This document shows positions 17,436 to 26,990 of a DNA stretch of 64,000 nt, one piece after another; the first letter of the stretch is position 1; each line of letters opens with the position of its first letter. The position numbers were made by a program, and so were the translations under genes. The notes beneath the pieces are model-generated. The model was given only the letters and a program-made list of their open reading frames with translations. It ran no database searches and was not told where the DNA came from. Source of the stretch: Candidatus Sumerlaeia bacterium (GTDB lineage Bacteria; Sumerlaeota; Sumerlaeia; SLMS01; JANRJK01). The stretch covers positions 96,001 to 160,000 of the forward strand of contig JANRJK010000036.1 of assembly GCA_033764015.1 (NCBI GenBank). The letters are read 5' to 3'.

Positions 17436-19292
17436 ATGCCCCCCTCACCCGAGTTCCAGCACGCGATCCGCCGCATCCGCGAGGAGGCGGACCTGCTCGA
17501 GATCGTGGGGCGGCACGTCGAGCTGAAGCGCAAGGGCGGGCGCTACTGGGGCTGCTGCCCGTTCCACGGCGAGAAGACGCCGAGCTTCTGCGTGCGGCCG
17601 GAGGTGGGGTACTACCACTGCTTCGGGTGCGCCGAGGGCGGCGACGTCTTCAAGTTCCTCCAGCGCACCGAGTCGCTGTCGTTCATCGAGGCGGTGCGCA
17701 AGCTGGCGAAGGAGCTGCGCATCGAGCTGCCCGCGCATTCCTCCGTGCCGGTCGAGGTGTCCGACGCGGAGGAGAAGCTCCGGACGCAGATCGAAGCGGC
17801 GAACCGCCACGCGCTCGAGTTCTACCGCCGGATGTTGGCGGAAGGGCGCAACCCGGCGGCGAACGCCTACCTGCCCAAGCGCGGCCTCGGGCCGGAGATG
17901 ATCGAGCGCTTCAAGCTGGGCGCCGCGCTTGATGCTTGGTCCGCGCTCACCGACGCGATGGTGCGCGACGGCTTCGAGCGCGAGTTGTTGGTGGCTGCTG
18001 GGCTCTCCGTGAAGAGCGAGAAGGGCAGCTTTTACGACCGGTTCCGCAACCGGCTGATCTTCCCGATCCACGACCACAACGGAAAGTGCATCGGCTTCGG
18101 CGGGCGCGCGCTGGTGGACGAGCCGGACTCGCCGAAGTACCTGAACAGCGCCGAGACGCCGGTGTACAAGAAGTCGCGTTCGCTCTACGGCCTCGATGTC
18201 GCACTGAAAGCAATCAAGGAAACGGGCCACGCATTCCTGTGCGAAGGCTACATGGACGTGGTTTCCGCGCACGCGGCGGGGATCGAGAACGCGGTGGGAT
18301 CGCTCGGCACGGCGCTCACGCCGGAGCAGTCGCGGCTGCTGCACCGCTTCACCAAGCGCGTCTACTTCTTCTACGACGGCGACAACGCGGGACGGAAGGC
18401 GATGCTGCGCGGCGGCGAGTCGCTACTCGCGGCGGACCTCGACACGCGCGTGCTGCTGCTGCCGCAGGGGGAGGACCCCGACACCTTCGTCCGCGCGCAG
18501 GGGGCGGACGCGGTGCGGGCGCTGCAGCGCGACGCCGCGGAGTTCATCGACTTCGCCGTCGCGGAGGCGCTCAAGGAAGCCGACACCGCGACGATCAACG
18601 GGCAGGCGGAACTGGTGGAGCGCCTGCTCCCCTACCTCGCCGCGATGAAGAACGAGGCGGTCCGCGAGGCCTCTATCGCGCGCGTGGTGGCCAAGACGCC
18701 TGGCATCCCGCGCGACACCGTGCGCCGCATGCTCGAACGGCGCGCGGACCGCGCCCCGCGCGAGGACGGCCCCGTCAGGCAGCCCGACCACCCGGCGGAC
18801 GGGGAGGACGGCCACTCCGAACGCCAGGCCCCGCGCGCCGCGCAGATGGACCGCCTCGAGCGCGGCCTGCTGAAGCTCATGCTTGAAAGCTCCGAGGCGC
18901 TCGACGCGATCAGGGCGCGGCTCCACCACGACTGGGTGCGCGATGCGCGGCTCGCCCCGTGGGTGTTCACGCTCATCGACCACGACCTGCCGGTGTCGCG
19001 GCTGCTCGACGCGATCGACCACGACAGCGGCGAGCTGCCGGAGGACAAGGCGGTGGTGTCGGAGCTACTGGCTTGGGACATGCCGCTGTCGCCGAAGCCG
19101 CACGCGGACGCGGACGAGCTGCTGCTACGCCTCGAGGAGCGGCACCAACGGCTGATCGTGCGCGAGATCATCGAGGAGCTGACGGTCCAAGCGGATCCGG
19201 ATGGCCAGGCGAGGGCGCTGATGGCGCTGCACCTCGAATCGCGCAACCGGCTTTCGGTCGGCGAGGGACGGTTGCGGAAACGGCGGAGTTAG
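17436..19292 (+). CDS. dnaG: DNA primase
   Basis: CHC2 Zn finger CPFHGEKTPSF...HCFGC, YDRFRNRLIFPI, FGGR, KYLNS, EGYMDV and TOPRIM YDGDNAG. Confidence 0.97.
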   Translation: MPPSPEFQHAIRRIREEADLLEIVGRHVELKRKGGRYWGCCPFHGEKTPSFCVRPEVGYYHCFGCAEGGDVFKFLQRTESLSFIEAVRKLAKELRIELPAHSSVPVEVSDAEEKLRTQIEAANRHALEFYRRMLAEGRNPAANAYLPKRGLGPEMIERFKLGAALDAWSALTDAMVRDGFERELLVAAGLSVKSEKGSFYDRFRNRLIFPIHDHNGKCIGFGGRALVDEPDSPKYLNSAETPVYKKSRSLYGLDVALKAIKETGHAFLCEGYMDVVSAHAAGIENAVGSLGTALTPEQSRLLHRFTKRVYFFYDGDNAGRKAMLRGGESLLAADLDTRVLLLPQGEDPDTFVRAQGADAVRALQRDAAEFIDFAVAEALKEADTATINGQAELVERLLPYLAAMKNEAVREASIARVVAKTPGIPRDTVRRMLERRADRAPREDGPVRQPDHPADGEDGHSERQAPRAAQMDRLERGLLKLMLESSEALDAIRARLHHDWVRDARLAPWVFTLIDHDLPVSRLLDAIDHDSGELPEDKAVVSELLAWDMPLSPKPHADADELLLRLEERHQRLIVREIIEELTVQADPDGQARALMALHLESRNRLSVGEGRLRKRRS

Positions 19293-19294
19293 TG

Positions 19295-19825
19295 TTAGCG
19301 GAATGGTGGCCGTTTGCGGATCTGGCCGCTCTTAGTGAAGAAGTCGTCCGCCCTCACCCATTGACCGAAGCTCTCCCCGGAGTAGACCAGCTCGATGGCT
19401 CCCGGATTCGGTGAAATGCATTCCTCGAAGATGCCTCCGACATCCAACGCGGCTTGAAACAGGTACAACGTCGGGTCGGCGCTGGAGAACCCAGTGCCGT
19501 CGGCGATGTCCATACCGCGCGCTTGACTCATGATCAGGAGTCGAAACGTCACTCCCGCGAAGGCTGAGTCGAGGACGCTTTTCCATGCCAGCCGGGCGGC
19601 CTTTGCGAGCGCCAGGTTGTTGCGCCACCGCTCGCGGGGATTCCTGCCCTCCGCCCAATCGAAGTGGATGTGGTTGTGAGTGATCTCGGCCTGAAGCGGG
19701 CCCGCGAATGTCCCGGCCTCGGGCAGCCCTCGCAGGGTCCCCGGCCCGGTTGCGCGGAGGATCGCCCGCCCGGACCGGACAAAGGTTGGAAAGAACAGGG
19801 AGTCGAGGTCTGCTGGAGGCTTCAC
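19295..19825 (-). CDS. Hypothetical protein with atypical (less GC3-biased) codon usage
   Basis: GTG at 19825, downstream of the Rrf2 terminator, opens about 176 globular-looking residues (EITHNHIHFDW...AWKSVLDSAFAGVTFRLLI). Fills the gap convergent to dnaG. Confidence 0.5.
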   Translation of the reverse strand: MKPPADLDSLFFPTFVRSGRAILRATGPGTLRGLPEAGTFAGPLQAEITHNHIHFDWAEGRNPRERWRNNLALAKAARLAWKSVLDSAFAGVTFRLLIMSQARGMDIADGTGFSSADPTLYLFQAALDVGGIFEECISPNPGAIELVYSGESFGQWVRADDFFTKSGQIRKRPPFR

Positions 19826-19847
19826 GGTCCGATTCTTGGCGTGGCTG

Positions 19848-19885
19848 AAGAAAACGGCCCGGCTTGGGGTTTCCAAGCCGGGCCG
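19848..19885 (-). terminator. Rho-independent terminator of the Rrf2 gene
   Basis: 13-bp stem CGGCCCGGCTTGG/CCAAGCCGGGCCG (19855-19885), followed on the minus strand by TTTTCTTC. Confidence 0.8.
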
Positions 19886-19923
19886 GTTCGCGTGTTGGCG
19901 CGCGTCGGCGGGCGGAGGGCGGG

Positions 19924-20526
19924 TTAGTCGTTCTTGGCGCGGCGGACCGGCGGGCGTCCGCCGTTGACGACGGTCGAGCGGTTGGCAGGCGCGGGCGGGG
20001 CGGCCAGCGTCGGGGCGGGCGTCTCCATGCCGGGCATTTCGAGGCGCGTGCGGCAGTTGCAGAGGCGGCCGTCGGCGTCCTTGATGAAGCCCATGCGGCA
20101 GCGGATCTCGTCGGCGATGTGCTCGTCCGGGCCCGGGCGGGCGACGAGGTCGGCGAGCGTCCACTTCTGCAGCACGCTGATGGTGGCGTAGTGGACTTCC
20201 TTCATCGCCTTGTGGAAATTGCAGACGGGCTCCGGGTGGTCCCGGAGTTCCTCGCAGTAGTTGCCGACGAGGAGCCCTTGGCAGGCTTCGACGACGTTGC
20301 GGAGCGTGATGGCGCTCGGGGCCCTGTTGAGGCTGACGCCGCCGGCGGCGCCGCGGTGGGACCGGAGGATGTTGGCGCGGACCAGCTCGCGGGTGATCTT
20401 GGCCATGTACGAGGGGGACTCACCGAGGAATCCGGCGATCTCCTTCGGGGTCACGGGGCGGCCAGTCTGGCTCAGCGTGATGTAGATCAGTGCGCGGATT
20501 GCGGATTCCGAAGTTTGCGTCAGCAT
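19924..20526 (-). CDS. Rrf2 family transcriptional regulator
   Basis: MLTQTSESAIRALIYI, EIAGFLGESPSYMAKI, SHRGAAGGVSL, ITLRNVVEAC...YC...VC and WTLADL. Confidence 0.92.
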   Translation of the reverse strand: MLTQTSESAIRALIYITLSQTGRPVTPKEIAGFLGESPSYMAKITRELVRANILRSHRGAAGGVSLNRAPSAITLRNVVEACQGLLVGNYCEELRDHPEPVCNFHKAMKEVHYATISVLQKWTLADLVARPGPDEHIADEIRCRMGFIKDADGRLCNCRTRLEMPGMETPAPTLAAPPAPANRSTVVNGGRPPVRRAKND

Positions 20527-20546
20527 GGGAGGAGCCCTTCGTGCTC

Positions 20547-20589
20547 GATAACTTGGATAAATTCGCTCCCACAACCGTCCGGAAGTCAA
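20547..20589 (-). promoter_or_regulatory. Putative promoter and AT-rich operator-like element of the Rrf2 gene
   Basis: Minus strand TTGACT (20589-20584), N18, CGAATT, then TATCCAAGTTATC, an AT-rich island in GC-rich DNA. Confidence 0.4.
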
Positions 20590-20677
20590 CGACAAACCCC
20601 CCGTTAATTTGGGGCGCGCCAAGTGATGTCGTCGATTGCGCCGCTGTCCGCCTTGGCGACCGGCAAGTCTTTACTGC

Positions 20678-22948
20678 TCAGCCTTTCGCCGATGCGGCGT
20701 CCGTGCCATAGCCTTCGCCGTAGCCGAATCCGTAGCCGTAGCGCGGCCCGCGGCGGTACTTCGAGCGGCTGTTGTACACGGCGCCGAAGAGGTGGGCGCC
20801 GACGCGCTCAAGCGCCGCGACCGTCTTCTCAAGAAGCTCGATGTCGGTTTTTCCGTGGTTCACGACGATGCAGACGCCATCCACGCGGCGGGCGAGGACG
20901 AGCGCGTCGGCCATCGCTTGGCAGGGGGCGGCGTCGACGACGACGAGGTCGTACTTGGCGCGCGCGGCTTCGAGGACACGGTCCATGGCGGCGCTGTCGA
21001 GCAGGTCCACCGGCGAGGGCGCCTGGGGACCGGCGGGGAGTATCTGGAGCGATGGGGCGTCCGGCGCCTGCTGGATCGCGTCCGCGAACTCCCGCTGGCC
21101 CGTGAGGACGTCGGTGAGGCCGGGGGTCTTGTCGATGCCGAAGACGCGGTGGACGGAAGGGGCCTTGAGGTCGCCGTCGATGAGGAGCACGCGCCGGCCC
21201 GCTTCGGCGAAGGCGATGGCGATGTTGGCGGCGACGGTGGACTTCCCCTCCTGGGCGAGGGCGCTGGTGACGAGGATCGCGCGCGGCGGACGGCCGGCGC
21301 TGGCGTACTGGAGCGAGGTGCGCACGAAGCGGAATGCGTCCGCCTCGAGCGGCGAGGTGCCGGGCGAGGTGATCAGCAGGCCGGTGCGGCCCTTCGCCGC
21401 CCCCTTCCGCAAGCGCCCGAGGAACGGCACCATGCCGAGCGAGGGAAGCCCCATGCGGCGCTCCACCGTCGCCGGGTCGTAGACCGACCGGTCGAGCCAG
21501 TGCATCCCGAGCGCGAGGACGATGCCGGCGCCGAGCCCGAGGAGGGCGGCGACCAGCAGGGTGTTTCCGATGCGGGGGTAGGCGGGCTCGCCGGGGATCA
21601 TCGCGCGCCCGACGAGCGTGACGTTGCTGGGTTCGACCTCCTGCTTGATGTCGAGCTGCTTCGAGCGGTCGAGGAGCGCGCCGTAGAGCGCGCGCTCCGA
21701 TTCGACGCCGCGCTGGAGCACGGTGTAGTCGACGCGGCGGCGCTGGATCGCGGCGGCGCGCTCCTCTTGTTCGGCGAGGCGCTGCTCGAGCGCGGTGAGC
21801 TTGAAGCGCGCGAGCGCGAGCCGCCCCTCCGACTCGCCGAGGACGTTCGTCTCGAGGGTGCGCATCTCGGCGCGGAGGAACTCGAGCTCGCGCTCCACCT
21901 TGCGCAGCGGCGGATAGGCGGGCTCGTTGTCCGCGGCGAGGGAGATGCGCTCCAGTTCGAGTTCCTGCACGCGGTCCTCGAGCTTCGCGTAGCCCGTGTC
22001 GGTGCGGAGCAGGAGCTGCTTGATCGCTTCGACCTTCGCGGCGGAGTTCTCGGCGGAGTAGAGCGCGATGTCGTTCTTGGTGGTCTCGATCTGCTCCGTG
22101 AGCAGGCGCATGGTGGCGATGGAGATGTCGAGGTTCTGGTCGAGGATCCGGAGGTCCGGCGCGGCGTCGATGCCGGCGGGTGTGGCGGGCGGCTCCTGCG
22201 GCTCCGTGGGGCCCGCGGCGAACTCGAAGAGTTCGCGCTCCGCTGCCTCGAGGCGCGCGCGCGAATCCGCGAGCTGCCGGGTGAGCTGCCCGCGGGCGTA
22301 CTGGTACGCTTCCGCCTGGTCGCGCGAGAGACTGAGGGCGTACTGGGCGGCGAACTCGTTCGCGAGCCGCGCGGACATCTCCGCGTCGGCGTCCGTCGCG
22401 GTGATGCGGATGATGCGGGTGTCGAGCCGGCGGCGCACCTCGAGGCCCTCGAGGAGGCGCTTCACCACCGCCTGCTGGCGGCGGAGTTCCGGGTCCAGGT
22501 CGACCGGTTCGTAGGTGACGAGGCTGCGCGCCAGGAACTTCCAGGAGCCGGCGAGCCGCGCGCCGAGGGCGCCGATAGGGCCGGACCCGGGCTGCTCGGC
22601 CTGCTCCTTGGCCGCGTCGAGACCGAGCGACTCGGCGACGGCGGCGGCGACGCGGGGGCTCCGGATCAGCTCGAGCTGCGTTTCGATGTCGCGCAGGTTG
22701 CTGTTGGCGGTCTGCAGGTTCTCCTGGCCGACGATGCCGACGTCGCGCGGCTCGAACTTGATCGTGGCGGTCGCGGAGTAGAGGGGCTGGGCGTGGCGCA
22801 GGTGGAGCACGCCGCCCAGCAGCGCCAGCGCGAGGCAGAATGCGACGAGCCACGCGCGCCCGCGTACGACGCCCGCGATGCGCAGCAGGTCGTCGCCGGG
22901 CTCGCCGCCGGCCTGCGCCGGGGCGCCGCGTCCGGTCGGGTCCGCCAT
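20678..22948 (-). CDS. wzc: Polysaccharide chain-length regulator / BY-kinase (Wzc/GumC family)
   Basis: Two TM segments flanking a coiled-coil periplasmic domain. Walker A TSALAQEGKST, A' LLIDGDLK, B VVVDAAP, and C-terminal Tyr cluster YRRGPRYGYGFGYGEGYG. Confidence 0.92.
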   Translation of the reverse strand: MADPTGRGAPAQAGGEPGDDLLRIAGVVRGRAWLVAFCLALALLGGVLHLRHAQPLYSATATIKFEPRDVGIVGQENLQTANSNLRDIETQLELIRSPRVAAAVAESLGLDAAKEQAEQPGSGPIGALGARLAGSWKFLARSLVTYEPVDLDPELRRQQAVVKRLLEGLEVRRRLDTRIIRITATDADAEMSARLANEFAAQYALSLSRDQAEAYQYARGQLTRQLADSRARLEAAERELFEFAAGPTEPQEPPATPAGIDAAPDLRILDQNLDISIATMRLLTEQIETTKNDIALYSAENSAAKVEAIKQLLLRTDTGYAKLEDRVQELELERISLAADNEPAYPPLRKVERELEFLRAEMRTLETNVLGESEGRLALARFKLTALEQRLAEQEERAAAIQRRRVDYTVLQRGVESERALYGALLDRSKQLDIKQEVEPSNVTLVGRAMIPGEPAYPRIGNTLLVAALLGLGAGIVLALGMHWLDRSVYDPATVERRMGLPSLGMVPFLGRLRKGAAKGRTGLLITSPGTSPLEADAFRFVRTSLQYASAGRPPRAILVTSALAQEGKSTVAANIAIAFAEAGRRVLLIDGDLKAPSVHRVFGIDKTPGLTDVLTGQREFADAIQQAPDAPSLQILPAGPQAPSPVDLLDSAAMDRVLEAARAKYDLVVVDAAPCQAMADALVLARRVDGVCIVVNHGKTDIELLEKTVAALERVGAHLFGAVYNSRSKYRRGPRYGYGFGYGEGYGTDAASAKG

Positions 22949-22951
22949 GGG

Positions 22952-24070
22952 CTACTGGACCGGGTTGTAGGTCGCCGACGCGTTCGCGGAGGCGCCGGTG
23001 CGGACGAGGCCGCCCAGGGTTTCGAGGAACGCGCGGAAGCCGTGCGTGTGGACGAAGACCTGGTCGCCGTCCTGCACGTAGAAGTCCCGCCCCGTCAGCG
23101 CGAGCGCCTGGCGGGCCTCGATCGAGAAGACACGGGGCTCCTCGCCTTCCGACACGTAGCGCACCACGGTGACGTCGGAGTCCGCGCCATAGCGCAGGCC
23201 GCCGCGCTCCGTGAGCACCTGGGCGAGGGTCTGGACGCTGGGGCCCAGGAAGACGACGCCGGGCTGGCGGACGCGGCCCATCACGATGGCGGTGCCGGCG
23301 GGGGGCACGTAGACGATGTCGCTGGGCTGGAGCGGCAGGTTGTACTCGAGGCCGCCGCGGAAGACGAACTCCTGCAGGGGGACGACGATCTCCTCGCGGG
23401 GCTCGATGTTGCCGTCTCGGCTGAGCTTGGCGATCATCTCCTCGAGCGACATGGAGGAGCGCTGGTCGCGGGTGAGGCGCTCGCGGTACACCTTCAGGTA
23501 GCGCGCGGGCGCGAGGCCGCCGGTGCGCCCGCCCATGGTGACGCCCCCCGCCTTGAAGAGCGCGTCGAGCAGCGTGTCGCCGAACTCGAGGGGGTAGCGG
23601 CCGGGCTGCTGCACGGACCCGAGGACGGCGACCTGGTTGTAGGAGGCCTTCTTGATCAGGACGATGGGGCGCGGCGAGGTGACGTAGCTGCGGTAGGCCG
23701 CCGCGAGGTCCGTGGAGAGCTCGTCCACGGTCTTGCCGTGGACGCGGATGGCGCCGATCAGCGGAAGCGAGAGGAACGGGCTGTCCGTGACGATGAAGCC
23801 CGCTTCGGGATCGGTCTGGATCGACTCGGGGAAGATGTCGGGCTGGCCCAGGAGGCTGATCGCGAGCACGTCGCCGGCGCCGATGCGGTACTCTTGCGAA
23901 CGCTCGAGCTGGAGCTGCTGGAGCGCGGCGAGGTCTTGCCCGGCGACGACGCCGCGGAGCGGGTTTTCGTCGAGCGGGTTGAGCACCGTCGCGCGCCCGC
24001 CGCAGCCGGCGGCGAAGAGCGCCGCGCAAACGGCGGCCAGGCGGAGCAGCGGGAGGATCGGATTCGTCAC
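22952..24070 (-). CDS. wza: Polysaccharide export outer-membrane lipoprotein (Wza family, SLBB domains)
   Basis: GTG start, lipobox FAAGC, EYRIGAGDVLAI, LPLIGAIRVHGKT, VLGSVQQPGRY and LQPSDIVYVP. Confidence 0.88.
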   Translation of the reverse strand: MTNPILPLLRLAAVCAALFAAGCGGRATVLNPLDENPLRGVVAGQDLAALQQLQLERSQEYRIGAGDVLAISLLGQPDIFPESIQTDPEAGFIVTDSPFLSLPLIGAIRVHGKTVDELSTDLAAAYRSYVTSPRPIVLIKKASYNQVAVLGSVQQPGRYPLEFGDTLLDALFKAGGVTMGGRTGGLAPARYLKVYRERLTRDQRSSMSLEEMIAKLSRDGNIEPREEIVVPLQEFVFRGGLEYNLPLQPSDIVYVPPAGTAIVMGRVRQPGVVFLGPSVQTLAQVLTERGGLRYGADSDVTVVRYVSEGEEPRVFSIEARQALALTGRDFYVQDGDQVFVHTHGFRAFLETLGGLVRTGASANASATYNPVQ

Positions 24071-24159
24071 GGCGGTTCCCCGGCGCGTTGGAGTGTCGGT
24101 GTCGCTGTGCGCGCGAGGCTTCGCCCCGGCGCGGCGCGGGTAAAGCGGGATCGCCGCGG

Positions 24160-25890
24160 TCAGCAGACCGCGCGCGAGTCGAGCACTTCCAGTTCGAGGC
24201 TGCGCGCCCCGCGGAAGTTGTTCTCCTGGGTGCGGCAGAGGATGTCGTGCCGCGAGCCGGGGCGCGACCAGGCTTCGTGGTGCCCGGCGAGCGAGAAGGC
24301 GATCGCGGTGAACTCGCGCCCCCCCGCGCGCAGCCGCAGCCGCAGGTGGTTCGTCCCGACCACGCGGGCGCCCGGCAGCGCCTCGACACCCTCGACCAGG
24401 AAGACCGGCGCGGGGTTCCCCTCGCCGAAGGGCTGCAGCGACTGCACGCCCTCGTGGAGGCCCCAGTCGATCTCGGCCCCTTCCAGCTTCGTGTCCACGT
24501 CCACCTGGGGGGACAGTTCCGCGCCGAGGAGGTGGGCCCGGGCGTGGCCGTCGAGCGCGTCCCGGAACACGCCCAGCTTGTCGGCGTGGAGCCGCAGCCC
24601 CGCAGCGGCGGCGTGGCCGCCGAACGCGAGGAGGTGCTCCGCGCATTCGAGCAGGCCGCCGTGGATGTCGTAGCCGCGGATGCTGCGGGCGGAGCCCTTC
24701 GCCATGCCGTTCCCGTCGGTGGCGAGCACCACCGCGGGGCGGTTGACGCGCTCGCAAACGCGTGCCGCGACGGTGCCGACGACGCCGAGGTGCCACCCGA
24801 CGGCGGCGAGGACGAACGCGCTGGGCCCCTCGCCGGGGTAGGCGTCGAGCTGGGCGATGGCCTCGCGCAGGATCGCCGCCTCGAGCGCCCGGCGCTGCTT
24901 GTTCATCTCGTCGAGCCGCTTGGCGAGCGCCTCGGCGCGGACGGGGTCGTCGGTGAGGAGCAGTTCGAGCGCCGCCGCCGGATCTCCCTCCGTGCGCCCC
25001 GCCGCGTTCAGCCTCGGAGCCATGCCGAAGCCGACCGCGTCCGGCGAGATGGCCCCGGCGCTGTCGGGGCGCTGGCCGCCGACCGCCAGCAGCGCCCGGA
25101 TGCCGGGGTGCGCGCTGTCGGCCAGCTCGCGCAGCCCGTGGCGCACCAGCACGCGGTTCTCCTCCAAGAGCGGCACCACGTCGGCCACCGTCGCGAGGGC
25201 GACGAAATCCAGCAGGCCGCGGGTGAACGCGCGCGCCTCCGCAGAGCCGGGGCGCATCCGCCGCACCAGGGCGTGGGCGACCTTGAACGCCACGCCCGCG
25301 CCGCAGAGGCGCCCGCCGGCGTAGGCGGCTCCCTCCAGGTTCGGGTTCACGACGAGCGCCTGGGGCAGCGAATCGCCCGCCAAGTGGTGGTCCGTGACGA
25401 CGACATCCATCCCGAGGGAGCGGGCCAGCTCGACCTCCTCGACGGCGGTGATTCCGGTGTCCACGGTGACGAGCAGCTTGACGCCTTCCGCGGCGAGCAT
25501 CCGCACGCGGCGGGCGCTGAGCCCGTAGCCGTCGTCGATGCGGTGCGGGACGACGTAGTGCGGCTCGGCGCCGAGGTACCGGAGGGCGCGCACCATCACC
25601 GCCGTGGCGCAGAGTCCGTCGGCGTCGTAGTCGCCGTAGACCGCGAGCGGCTCGCGGGCGGAGAGCGCGGCGGCGATGCGCTCGACGGCGGCCTCGACGC
25701 CGCCCAGCTCCAAGGGGTCGCGGATCGAGGAGAGCTTCGGGGCGAGGAACTCCGCGAGGCCCGGGTCCGAGGCCGTCCAGCCCCGCGCGGCGAGGAGCCG
25801 CGCGACGGCGGGATGCAGCGCGGCGAAAGCCCCGGAGCACTCCGCCGGCGCCTGCTCGCGCAACTTCCACTGTCGTCTCGGGGTCGTCAT
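24160..25890 (-). CDS. recJ: Single-stranded-DNA exonuclease RecJ
   Basis: VYGDYDADG, GYGL, TVDTGI, TDHH, TVADVVPL, PRLNAAGR, GSARS, GGHAAAAG and PFGEGNP. Confidence 0.96.
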   Translation of the reverse strand: MTTPRRQWKLREQAPAECSGAFAALHPAVARLLAARGWTASDPGLAEFLAPKLSSIRDPLELGGVEAAVERIAAALSAREPLAVYGDYDADGLCATAVMVRALRYLGAEPHYVVPHRIDDGYGLSARRVRMLAAEGVKLLVTVDTGITAVEEVELARSLGMDVVVTDHHLAGDSLPQALVVNPNLEGAAYAGGRLCGAGVAFKVAHALVRRMRPGSAEARAFTRGLLDFVALATVADVVPLLEENRVLVRHGLRELADSAHPGIRALLAVGGQRPDSAGAISPDAVGFGMAPRLNAAGRTEGDPAAALELLLTDDPVRAEALAKRLDEMNKQRRALEAAILREAIAQLDAYPGEGPSAFVLAAVGWHLGVVGTVAARVCERVNRPAVVLATDGNGMAKGSARSIRGYDIHGGLLECAEHLLAFGGHAAAAGLRLHADKLGVFRDALDGHARAHLLGAELSPQVDVDTKLEGAEIDWGLHEGVQSLQPFGEGNPAPVFLVEGVEALPGARVVGTNHLRLRLRAGGREFTAIAFSLAGHHEAWSRPGSRHDILCRTQENNFRGARSLELEVLDSRAVC

Positions 25891-25925
25891 CGTAACGGGA
25901 AGCTTGGCGCCGCGCGCCGGGAGCG

Positions 25926-26990
25926 TCAAGCGGGGCCCGGCCGCCGCCCCCGCGCCAGGAGCTCCTCGGCCGCGGCGGTCACCTCGGGGGCGCCCACCGC
26001 CGTCATGCAGCGGTGGTCGATCGGGCAATGGCGCAGGAGGCAGGGCGCGCACGGCGTGTCGGCGCGGACGATCCGCGAACGCGGGGAGAGCGGCGCCGTG
26101 GTGACCCAGTCGGTGCTGCCGAAGACGGCGACCAGCGGCGTCCCCAGCGCGGCGGCGAGGTGCATCGCGCCGCTGTCGTTCGTCAGCAGCAGGTCCGCCT
26201 CCGCGAGGAAGGCCATCAACTGGCGGAGCGACATCCGCCCGGCGGCGTTGACCCACAGCCCCGCGCGGTCGCGGCAGACCTCGGCGGCGACGTCCGCTTC
26301 GGAGGCGAGACCCGTGGCCACGACGGCGGCGCCGCGTGTGCGGACGAAGTGCGCCGCCACCTCGGCGTAGCGCTGCGGCAGCCATCGCTTCGCGGTGCCG
26401 AAGAACGCGCCGGCGTTCACCGCGACGATCGGCTGGCCCGGGAAGATCCCCTGCTCCGCGAGCCAGCGGCGCATCTCGGCGCGCTCGCCGTCCGCGACCG
26501 CGAGCGACAGCGGCGGCGGGGGGCCGGTGCGCGGGGCGAACACGTCCAGCAGCCGCAGGTAGTAGCGCGTCTCGTGGACCGCCAGATCGTCGGGGCGGAG
26601 TTCCACCGGGTGCGTGAGGAGCGGACGCCGCCCGTCGCGCGCATAGCCGACCCGGGTCCGCGCGCCGCCGAGCACCGCCAGAAGCGCCGAATGCATCGAA
26701 TTGGGCAGCAGGAACGCGGCGTCGGGCTTCCACGCGCGGAGCCGGGAGGCGGCCTCGCGGGTGCCGGCGAACGTCTTGTCGTCGATCTTCCAGACGGCGT
26801 TGGCGGCGGGGTGGCCTTCGAGGACCGGCGCCACGTTGCCGCGGGCCAGCGCCACGATTTCGGCCCGCGGGTACAGCTCGCGGAGCCGCGTGAGGAACGG
26901 CGTGTTCATCACCGCGTCGCCGACCCAGTTCGTCAGCCGGACGGCGATGCGCGCGGTGTCGCGCGGGTGGGGAAGGACGCGGGGGGTCAC
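25926..26990 (-). CDS. waaF: Lipopolysaccharide heptosyltransferase II (GT9)
   Basis: NWVGDAVM, LPNS, GAFFGTAKRW, TNDSGAMHLAAALG and CAPCLLRHCPIDHRCM. GTG start overlaps the HAD stop (GTGA). Confidence 0.93.
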   Translation of the reverse strand: MTPRVLPHPRDTARIAVRLTNWVGDAVMNTPFLTRLRELYPRAEIVALARGNVAPVLEGHPAANAVWKIDDKTFAGTREAASRLRAWKPDAAFLLPNSMHSALLAVLGGARTRVGYARDGRRPLLTHPVELRPDDLAVHETRYYLRLLDVFAPRTGPPPPLSLAVADGERAEMRRWLAEQGIFPGQPIVAVNAGAFFGTAKRWLPQRYAEVAAHFVRTRGAAVVATGLASEADVAAEVCRDRAGLWVNAAGRMSLRQLMAFLAEADLLLTNDSGAMHLAAALGTPLVAVFGSTDWVTTAPLSPRSRIVRADTPCAPCLLRHCPIDHRCMTAVGAPEVTAAAEELLARGRRPGPA

